A DNA stretch of 64,000 nucleotides from assembly GCF_964194025.1 (NCBI RefSeq), contig NC_134468.1, forward strand, positions 24,118,001 to 24,182,000. The letters run 5' to 3'. This document shows positions 54,416 to 64,000 of the stretch, piece by piece. This DNA comes from Convolutriloba macropyga. Lineage: Eukaryota. Both the position numbers and the translations under genes were made by a program. A model generated the notes under the pieces. That model saw only the letters and a program-made list of their open reading frames with translations, searched no databases and was not told the DNA's origin. Position 1 is the stretch's first letter. Every line of letters starts with the position of its first letter.

Positions 54416-55714
54416 CTGAAATGACAACTAAGCTCTTGAACGTGATGAAATGACAACTAAGCTCCTGAAATGAAAGCTTACATTCCCAATACAAAATTGT
54501 ATTTTCAGTAGTTCCTTATCTATCAATTGTATTGCAGATCTAATGAAAATTGAACACCTACACAAGAACAATTGTTGCAACTATCAACTTGTGGGCTATT
54601 CTATGCACTGATATTCATGTCAAAAAGAAACAGAACGAGACAGGCGATCGTTTTCAGCGTGTTGTTGTGTCATAATAGATGATATCTAAATCTCAGGCTT
54701 ACAAAAATTCGGGTTACAAATTAGCTCCAGGATGCCTGCGGCAATTAGAGCTCCAAACCGCGGGCGCTTGCACAAAATATCGAACTGCAAAGAGTTCTCA
54801 GATCTATTTTCTAACACATTTAGACCCTAATTTTGATGCTGGGAGTTTTCTTTGTAAGATCCAGCCTTCAGTGTGTTGTTCCAGCTCTCCAGCTTTAAAG
54901 AGCGTTGTTGTGTAAAAAGGAATAAACAATATCACTCAATTGGCAGTTATGAGCTCTAATTGCCTTCGGCCTCCCCGAACTATATTCTAGCATATACTTC
55001 GTACCTTTGCTGACCATACACTAAGAACTTGGTGAAGCTAAGGGAGCTGCTCAGAAACTTAATGCCCTCGTGCTTTACTAGTTCACTTCATCAAATACGT
55101 AAACGCGCGGATATAACAATGTTGAGAAATTTTGAATCATCTAGGGCTGAGCTGACCATAAACTTTCAGAAAATAATTAGCAAGTAAAGGAGAGTTTGGT
55201 TCCTGATTAAAGGCAATGCGTCTAGCGTACTTTCCATCAGAAATAAGATTCTTCCATTCCATGTAGTAATATTTCCAGCATTAATGTTTGCTTCTGGGTG
55301 TTCGGAACTAAAAAAAAGAAATGAATACGAACCAATCAAAACTTTAACAGAAAATTAAAGTAGACAGCAAATAAAAAGCGTGAACTGCATAAAAAGACAC
55401 AATGATCTAATGTAATATCTTGCCACTGCTTCACTACACAGTCTTGAAACAATTGTCGCTTTCAGTAGCATTATATCTGATCGTTATTCTATCGATCTGA
55501 GCAATTTCTTTGAAATACGCCGGAACAACCGGTGAACACTAAAGTTCTGCCTAGAATTCGATACCGAAGTCTGTGGCTCAACTTGTGGCACCGACCTGGT
55601 TTCCGCGCGAATATTCTGCCAATGTATTCGAATGTCTAACAAAAAAAAGAAAAGAGAATAAATCCTGCACTTGGATTTTCTCTGCCTTTGCGAAAAATAC
55701 CGTGGTAACTCAAA

Positions 55715-55812
55715 CGGTCGAGTGAAAGTTTTGCATAAAAACATATTGGCTAGAATACCGGTCGAGTGAAAGTTTTGCATAAAAACATATTGGGTAGAAT
55801 AACGGCTCGAGT
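55715..55812. repeat. 44-bp tandem duplication
   Basis: cggtcgagtgaaagttttgcataaaaacatattgg at 55715 and 55759. Confidence 0.85.
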
Positions 55813-56152
55813 AGTGTAATACAAAATTTAAACTATCTTTACCTAAATCAGAATTATTTAAGCCCAAATACTTGAAAACTAAAAGCTAAATGCGTAAAAA
55901 ATCAAGAAACCATAGAAAGTACGAATGGGGGCTCAAGTTCCGGCAATCTTTACTGATCAAATTAAAACAATGTATTCACATTGAAAATTTCTAACAATTC
56001 ATGGTAACTATACATTAGATTCTAAGCTACTGTGAAAAACCGAAGCTGGAAAATCGAAGTCAACGTTCGAAAAGAAAGTTCAATTCATGAACAAACTTGC
56101 TTCATCTAAAATCTGTAAAACACCAGTACTCCCCTTCGATTCAAATACATGG

Positions 56153-57428
56153 CCGGCAGATTGCCGGAAAATAGCTGCAATAGAAGCATGTGGCCTTCCA
56201 TGAATTGAAACAACTAAAGAAACAAGATAGATAGATTGACCACCAGTCCTTTAATAGACCGCTAGACCTTTTGGCTAGATTCGGACTGTCAATTTCACGA
56301 GACACATACACTCAAAAAGGAAAAAGTCCTAATGGAGTTTTTTTCAAAATTAATATTTGAAATCACAGACTCAAGACTCTAATGCTCAAGAATTAGCGCA
56401 CATACGTCTGACACTACTTAGATATACACTACTGACCTTTAACTAGTATGTTCATAAAAGTCTAAGTTCATTAAGCGAGTTCAGAAGTCATTTTTTAGTG
56501 AGGTAAGTCACGCAAGCAATTGGCTTAAAAGCAGAACAAATGACATCACGCACACAAATTTTAACTGCAAAGCATTAGAAATCACTAAAATTGAAAAAAT
56601 CAATTCCAAGAAGTCAGGTCGCAAGAATCATCGATGGAGACGACAAATTAAAAACATAACCGGTAGAATACCGGAAACGACTCGAATCGTCGTGCATTAT
56701 AATCCCTAACCTAACCTTACCGAAATCAGAACATCAAAATAGACAAGAGAAAAAAAACAAAAGTAGCCCAACAAACCACATTAAAGTGTTTTAAAAATAC
56801 CGACAATTTTTTAGGTGCAGAGGGAGCTAGGTGGGGTGGGTAGATAGGTTGGGGAGGTGGGTAGTGCTGGGGTAGTTGGGCGGGTAGGTGGGGGGTAGCT
56901 AGGTGAAGGGAGGGGTAGTTTGGGGGTAGGTGGGGGGGGGGGGTAAGTTGGGGCGGGGGGTAGGTAGGTGGTGTGGGGGTAGGTAGGTGGGTGGGTAGAT
57001 AGTTTGGGGAGGTGGGTAGTGCTGGGGTAGTTGGGGGTAGCTGGGTGAAGGGAAGGGTTAGGTGGGGGTAATTTGGGGGGGGGTGTGCGGGGGCGTAGGT
57101 AGGTGTTGGGGGGGTTGTGCGGTGTAGTTTAGATAATTAGGGGGACTTATATAGGAATAAAAAATCTCAAAATGACCTCTTCACCTTGAACATTACCAGC
57201 AGTTCCTAATTACTATACATTGCAAACGAAGCTACTGTTAAAGTCCAATGTTCGAAAACCGAAGTCAACAATCAAAAACGGAGGTAAATGCTCGAACAGA
57301 AAGAAGTCAAAATTCAAGTCATGAACAAACTTGCTTTGTACTAAAAAACCTGTAGCATCTCAAGTCCTTTTCGAGTCGTAAAAACCACGATGTCCCCAAT
57401 AATAGCCGCTATCGCTTCGCGGCTATTA
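56153..57428 (-). mobile_element. HINE family 2, long copy with internal G-rich simple repeat
   Basis: ccggcagattgccggaaaatagctgc at 56153 and aatagccgctatcgcttcgcggctatt ending at ~57427. Confidence 0.7.
56817..57145 (+). repeat. G-rich simple repeat (ggtag/gggggtag), potential G-quadruplex
   Basis: Dozens of G3-G10 runs with short loops. Confidence 0.9.
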
Positions 57429-57590
57429 AAAACACGCTTTTACAATAATTGCTTGAAACTTCATTCAAGAGCAAGTAATAACATTTTTCCCATAGCCAAC
57501 TCCTACCTAGCTATGACTTACTATTTCCTGATGCTTCTCAAACCAATTTAGATTTTAACCTGATTCTCATACCTATACACCAAAACATAA

Positions 57591-59033
57591 ACCGACCAAC
57601 ATCTGGCGATCTGGGCTCTCGAGCGATTGGCGAAGAAATCAATTTAGAAGGGGGCATAGCCAGAGAAACACTTATGATGAAAAAAATGACTAGCGAGGGC
57701 TTCGAAGACGCGAACTCCCTGATGAGAGTCCTTGACTGTAACAACTCTGCTATACGAGCTATGAACGTTTTTCTTTCACAATCAATTTTATTTTAGCAAC
57801 ATACTTAATTTGTGAAAGCTCACAGTTGAAATCACTCGGACAAAATCAATAATTAAGCGTGAAAGAATCATTGAGATTTAACATTAAAAGAATGTTCAAG
57901 AAGAGAACAGCCCACCAAAAAAATCCAAAAAGACACACGTTTCCCACAACTTTTTTTAAAACTCTGAATTAGGAGAAAATCCCTCCCCATATAGGGTAGT
58001 TGGTCAACTCGGATCGGTAAGTCAACTCATTTATACATGCAAACATTCTGGCAGTAGTCAAACGTCAAAACATTAAAAATATAGCTTAAGTAGGAATGAG
58101 AAAGGCCGCAATAGCTTCGTAGATCTGCAGTTTCAAACCAATAAATTTTTTAAATGCTGAGATGTTATATTTTGATAAAGAATCTTTTATAAAACTTATT
58201 GCTGCTTCTACTAACTGCCCTCAAATAACCTTTAATTAGAGCGACACACACATTCACTACACCTTATTCCTTTGAATACAAGTGAAGAAAAGTCAAATTA
58301 AGAGTTAGCAAACCATATTTGAGAGCGGGGTAAGTCACGTGTGACCAAAAACTTAATCACGCGAATGAGACAAAAAATTCGCACCAATAATAGTGAAAAA
58401 TGACGTCAAGCATGCAATTAAGTTTAAATTGCATGAAGTTATTGTGACTCCATGTGGTCGTAACAAAAATCTTGACGAAGAAATAAAAAAAACAAGCGAT
58501 TGCCAATAACCTCCGCTATCGCTTTGCGGCTATTAACGACAACCGCCCCATTTAATATGAATCCAATGGAAGCTTCAAAAATGAGAGATCAGTGCATTGA
58601 TCGCGCTCGCGCGCTACAGAGGCCAAGTATTGAGATACGCAAAAGCGCGGAGCTAAATGTTGTCCCGATGTATGTAATCACGTCAGTATATGAATCCTCT
58701 TTTTCTCGCTAATTCTTTCAGCCAACATCTGTATGGCTTTCGACGCTGACGGAAACACTATCAAAGTGGAGGTTCAAAAATAATGCTTGCACAGAAATAG
58801 CGGGTTTCTTTTCAGATTAAAAACCGCCCTTCAGAGAATAAATTGTCTCCTCAAAACCGTCTCGGAGAATAATATACTTGGAGACATGTTAATGCCCTAC
58901 GTGCTTTACCTGTTTATCTTGTTTTTGAGGACTGAAAGTCAAAAAGGTCAGACTAAAAATCGGTCAGGCAAAAAATTGCATTAAAAACAAACCACAGGAC
59001 TAATATAATTGCTACAAACTTTGTTTGAGAAAT
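57591..59033 (-). mobile_element. Cluster of HINE family 1 (57591-~57950, ~58790-59033) and family 2 (~58100-58535) copies in the CDC37 intron
   Basis: Same terminal and internal motifs as the other copies; tRNA-like segment at ~57690-57760. Confidence 0.65.
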
Positions 59034-59151
59034 TAAACTTCAAACGTGCAGTAAAAACCAGATTTAGCAGCAACGGAACAACTGCAAAAGTCAACAAAAA
59101 CTTGAAATTTAGCTTTACTTGCCATAGTCTACAATTGTTAAGTCAACTTGC

Positions 59152-60025
59152 CTAATCTTTTCTGCCTCTCCTCTTCTTCCGCTTCTTTCATGGCTTCCTC
59201 CAACCTTTCCTCGGCTCTTTTCCTGATTCTTCCACGAAATGCGTTCACTTCGTCATTGAATACTTCCATGTATTCAGGGTTGGCTTTGGCCTGCCTGTCG
59301 TAAAATGGACGAACAGCTGCTCTAGGATCTAATTTCAGCTCTTTCCCTAGTGTCAAAATGTATTGCATTGAAATGACTTGATTTGAAACCTGTTCCATTA
59401 GAGCAAATTTCTCCTCTAAAGCTAGATCAATACACCACAATGTTAAATAGTTAGCAGTTTCCTCGCAAACAAGGTCTGGATTTTTGGTTAAAAAGGCCAA
59501 GCTATCCGCTGGTTTTTTCATCATTCCAAATTCCTTAATGTTTGCACCACTCTTTTTATTGAAATCAATTTGTCTTTGCGCTTTTTCATCTTCACTCATA
59601 TCTTTAGTTCTGTCTTCGTGGTCTAGAGTAGCTTTGTTGACGCGAGAAGAGGTAAAACCAGGCTTTGACAATGTATCAACATTCATAGGTTGCTTCCGTT
59701 TCTCAGTATCTAACTCTTCTTTTCGTTTATCCAGGTCTCTTTTCTTTTCTTTCAAGGAATTCATCTTAGCTTCCAATTGTACAATTTTATCATCATCGTT
59801 AGCCTTTTTAGCTTCATTTAAATCTTGCTCCACTTTTCTGTAGTCACATTCCCACTCTTTCCACTCGAACTGGAAGCTCTGCTCACTCTGCTGCATCTTT
59901 TCCATTCTCTCAACGCGAGCCTGGTGTCGCCATCGGAATAAACTGGGAGTATCAATGTTTGGGTGAGTGTCATCTTCGTCATCTGAGACTTCAATGTGGT
60001 CCCACTTGTGATAATCGATTGGCAT
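59152..60025 (-). CDS. CDC37: Hsp90 co-chaperone Cdc37, coding exon 1 of 2
   Basis: The N-terminus MPIDYHKWDHIEVSDDEDDTHPNIDTPSLFRWRHQARVERM is the diagnostic Cdc37 start, including the SDDED CK2 site; LVCEETANYL is also present. The exon is 874 nt (phase 1) and ends ...AGA TTA G|GCAAGT. Confidence 0.96.
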
Positions 60026-60033
60026 TATTTACA

Positions 60034-60082
60034 ATTCTGAAAAAGATCATTCTGAAAAAGATCATTCTGAAAAAGATCATTC
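60034..60082. repeat. 15-bp tandem repeat x3.3 containing the acceptor-like site upstream of the CDC37 ATG
   Basis: (attctgaaaaagatc)3 reads as ctttttcag three times on the minus strand. Confidence 0.9.
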
Positions 60083-61089
60083 CAATTGATCTCTAGCCAC
60101 GAATGGTTTTGATTGTGGCCTTCTTAGTCTGAGGGGGGATTGCATTCGGAGTGGGAGGGAGGGGTGGTTGACATGAGATATCTCTCCAAGTTTTTAAAAA
60201 ATTGAACACAACGTTTTCAATATTCAACCCCTACATTAATGCTCTACCCTAACAATGAAATTGAGAAAACAATTCAATTCTCTTTTGCAACTATTTTCAA
60301 TAGGAAACCAAATTCCGATAACGTACACAAAGCTAAAACAAAAATTATTTAAAACTTGATTCAATAAAAAGAAAAACTCTACTCTACTCTGGTAGAGGAC
60401 AAAAGCAGAAAATATCTTTTATTATCATTATTCAGCCCTATTTATAAACTCAATCGTAGACAAACTCAAAAGGGATGTTTTCATATATCGTCTGAACTCA
60501 AGTTCACAATTAACAGACTTCAACTGAAACCGTAATTTGTGCAACTCAGTTGTCACTGCAAACCATTACAATTTTTTTCAACCCTGCATAGATTTGAAAA
60601 TTATACACATTATAAACTGACAAGACCATGAACATTTGAAAACTGTATTATAAAAGCTATCTAAGTAAGCAATTTGGAGAAGGATCTAGATCAGGGCCGA
60701 GAATATTAGTTCAAATCCTATTATTAACCGAATTTTAGGGTAAAAAATATTTTGTGTATGGCAAAAAGTTACAGAAATCAATTCTGGCTAAAACTATTGC
60801 ACGGAAACTCGACTAAAAGAGCGTGATCAAGCTCATGACGGACTGAGTAAAAATGAAGTAGTGCGAACTTGAATATACAGGATTGATCTGAAATATAGAT
60901 TTATGTCTTCAAACAAGCAAAATCCCAGCAATGTTCCATTTCTTGAGGTAACCTCAAAATAGGAGCCGCACTTTCATTCCATCTGTTCAAAATGAAAAAT
61001 ATCTCACAAAAAAATCTATTTTGTTTCATCTATCCAATCATATAATAGTAATAGAACAGGATTTAGAGTTTACTCAAAGATTTGCACTC

Positions 61090-62400
61090 GGAACAGTTTG
61101 TTTAATTTAAAGTTTGTATTGATTGATGTGTGCTGTGAGCTTTCCGTTGGGAATACAATTGTCGCATCTGCAGAAGTATCCAGGTGTAGGGGTTGTTTCC
61201 ATCCTATTTGTAACAAAAAAGCTCCAGAATAATTTGGTGAGGGTGCGTTTCTTCATTTGTTGGTTGTTTGCTAAGGTGTCATGACAGAATATTGAAGAGG
61301 AAACTTGATCTGTCAAAGAAGTTGTCTCCGGCTTTCTGTAGTTTATTTTTTGGGATGCTGAGTTCACTCCTGTTGCTTTGTAGCGTTATTTGCGTATCTA
61401 GTGGTGAATTGAACCGTCCGATCAATGTCATGTTTTCCTTCAATTAAGGCATGACGGAAAACGATCTGAAGTTCTAGGTAAAGCGATACTGGCAGGAGCT
61501 TGCAATGTTCAGTCATCTTTGTATGTCACACTGTTACCATAAAACCACTTTAGCTGTTTTTTAAATGCATTCATAATTTCTTGTAATTACACATTTGGAT
61601 ACGCAATGGGCGATCCGTAGCTTAGAATCGGCAATATGTTTCATTCATATGCGTTCAGATTGACTTGAAATTTGCAATTTCGGGACAGGCTCCTTTTGAT
61701 TAAGAAGAGTGAGCGAAACCCTTTGCTGAATCTTTGGAGTTCTCAGTCCACGTCAGATTTTTGCTGACCATTATTCCAAGATATTTTTGAGAACTGGACT
61801 TCTGGATATTTGTGGCACACAAGGTAGCATCGAGATCCCCCTTCAGACTCAGAATTGAAACCTTTTTGACGCTCAGTTTCATGCCGTTTGACTTGCACCA
61901 CTTTGTTAATGCCTTTGTCTTCTTGATTGACGGGTGTTTGCTGGTTAGGACAATTTTAAAGTTTTCAGCGGATTAGCCGTTGCCTATTTTTCGGGTAAGT
62001 CGTTGATGAAGACTCGAAACAGTAAAGACCCTTGTGGAAATCCGCTGGTTACTGGTAGGACAATTACATTTGATACAATTGCATTTACTTGTACTTGTTT
62101 GCGCTAGTAGCAGTATGGTGCTAGGAGTCTCAGTAGTTTCTGCCAACTCCAATCTCTTTTACCATATGGATGACTACTTTGAGACACCGTATCAAATGCT
62201 TTTTGCGCAGTCAAGGTAGACTATTCCTAGCTCCTATAATGTTTCATCGTCGTACAGTTTCTACACTTTGTCTAGAAAAATCAGCACGAATACCAGAGTT
62301 CTACCAGCACATTTATGAACACCAGAGTTCTGACAGTATCGACCTATAAATTTACCAAACTGCCGGTAAAAATTACTCGAGAAAGCTATTTCGATCATGC
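61090..62400 (-). mobile_element. 5'-truncated, decayed CR1/L2-like LINE (RT plus C-terminal Cys motif)
   Basis: The minus strand reads VTSGFPQGSLLFRVFINDLP (~61990-62055), KYLGIMVSKNLTWTEN, and a terminal CRCDNC. Confidence 0.8.
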
Positions 62401-62626
62401 AGACTTGAAGCGGAAATTTATAAAAATCAATTGAGTTTTTGCATATGTCCGATAAGAAAACTGCAGCGGTTTCATTTTTTTATACTCTGTACAAAACAAC
62501 AAAAACTAAAAAGTAATTTCAGATTTTACTTTTATTTGGTCAATCGTGACTCCAAATTCATCGTCAGGTTCCAAACTAAAATTTTGCTAAAGCGAAAAAC
62601 AAAACATTAAAACAATCAAACATAAT

Positions 62627-63018
62627 CCGACTAATGTCGGAAGAATTGCTCTCGAACAACAGGCGAGGCAATTAGATTCAGGGGCTGTGGCCTAGATAAT
62701 TTTTATATGGGTGACAAAAAAGTTGACCAAGCTCGGATTCTAACCATGGACCTCCTGAACCCTCACGAAAAGCACTGCCCACTCAGCTATCAGGCCCTTC
62801 TTTTTCCTATGTTGAATTCAATTTTGTTTTAGAATCAAGCTTCACTTGAGTGAGAACAATGGAGATAACACAAAAAAGAAAAAAGAAAGCGCGATAAAGC
62901 CACTTGAGAAGTCAAAGAATGTTCTGGACGAAAAGCGCAAAAAACGTCCAGCGAAAAATTTGCGTTAAAAAATCAACACGTTAACAATATTTGCTATGAA
63001 CTTCGTTCGAGAGCAATT
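62627..63018 (-). mobile_element. HINE family 1 (Helentron/DINE-1-like non-autonomous element), full-length, with tRNA-like cassette
   Basis: Minus strand: T-run, subTIR AATTGCTCTCGAACGA with adjacent partial inverted repeat, interior, second subTIR GTTCGAGAGCAATT, then hairpin CCGACattaGTCGG. Confidence 0.8.
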
Positions 63019-64000
63019 AAAAACAACTTAGCCTACCCAAGAAGAAAACTAAAACAAATTCACATACGTTTCCTTTTGGCAAATGCCTGAATAATTTTAT
63101 TCATGAATTGCTTGCAGCAGGTGCTTATCAATATGTTAGTTTCCTTTTTAGTTCAGAATGCTATTCTCTTTTCCCTAAAAACGGATTTTCCCGTGTCTTT
63201 AAATTTTAAATGATGGCTTTAAGTATGCAATACTTTCCAATGGAATGCTGTGCCGTCGTTGCTGCGGTTTAACCCGTGCTCTCACACCTTGGCTAGTTAG
63301 CTTTGCCAGGCTCAATAAAACCAAAAATTATTTAAAACGATTCAATAAAAAGAAAAAATCTACTCTGGTACAGAGGATAAAAGCAAAAAATATCTTTTAC
63401 TATCCTTAATCAGTCCTATTTATAAACTTAATCGCGGAGAACCTCAGAAAGGATGTTTTCAGATATCGTCTAAACTCAAGTTCACAATAAACAGACTTCA
63501 ACTGAAACCGTAATTTGTGCAACTCAGTTGTCACTGCAAACTATTACAAATTTTTTCTACCCTGCATAGATTTGAAAATTATGCACATTATAAACTGACA
63601 AAATTATAAAAATTTGAAAGCTGTATTATAAAAGCTATATAAGTAAGCAATTTGAAGAAGTATCTAAATCAGGGGCGAGAACTCAAACTAAAATATTAGT
63701 TCAAATCCTATTTTCAACAAAATTATAGGGTAAAAACCATTTTGTGCATGGCAAAAAGTTACAGAAATCAATTCGTGTGAAAACTATTGAGCGGGATAAC
63801 TTGACTAAAGGAGCTTGATCAAGTTCATGACGGACTGAGTAAAAATGAAGTAGGGCGAACTTGAATAAACAGGATTAATCTGAAATATAGATTTACATCT
63901 TCAATCAAGCTAAATTCCAGCAATGTTGCATTTCTTGAGGTAGCATTAAAATAGGAGCCGCATTTTCATTCCGCCTGTTCAAAATAAAAAATCAAAATAC

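Larger units (their letters stand above)
54416..59151 (-). other. CDC37 intron with non-canonical GC-AG boundaries (~4.7 kb)
   Basis: Only AG|GCAAGT restores the conserved KRLGPGG peptide. It matches the GC-donor consensus. Confidence 0.88.
60335..64000. repeat. Diverged direct repeat of ~680 bp (~60335-61010 and ~63317-64000)
   Basis: caaaaattatttaaaac...ctcaagttcacaat...ataggagccgca is shared in order, with scattered substitutions. Confidence 0.9.

Noticed and set aside
62728-62796. Functional tRNA genes (also ~24930, 35655, 43538)
   Set aside because: A/B boxes are recognisable, but the stems are imperfect, anticodon arms are inconsistent, and all lie within repeats. Treated as tRNA-derived.
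1-64000. Species assignment (an invertebrate such as an acoel was considered)
   Set aside because: The proteins look metazoan, but no taxon can be supported without a database search.

Overview
AT-rich, repeat-dense eukaryotic (animal-like) genomic DNA. Five protein genes can be read, all on the minus strand and in tandem. In transcription order they are CDC37 (2 coding exons, GC-AG intron), NECAP (2 coding exons; the second, 38149-38248, is absent from the ORF track), pirin (3 exons), an intronless (6-4) photolyase, and the first coding exon of a G2E3/PHF7-like PHD-finger gene. Introns are long (4.7-10 kb), while two gene-to-gene gaps are very short (~0.45 and ~0.77 kb), and each start codon has a splice-acceptor-like motif close upstream. 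The non-coding DNA is filled with two families of non-autonomous elements of Helentron/DINE-1 (HINE) architecture. Almost all copies lie in the gene orientation, and one subfamily carries an internal tRNA-like cassette. Also present are decayed LINE fragments, a four-copy multi-kb tandem duplication (9-24 kb), a five-unit ~1.07 kb array with long hairpins in pirin intron 2, and a three-arm inverted repeat in the NECAP intron. All calls were made by eye. Exon phases were checked by hand; repeat boundaries are approximate.
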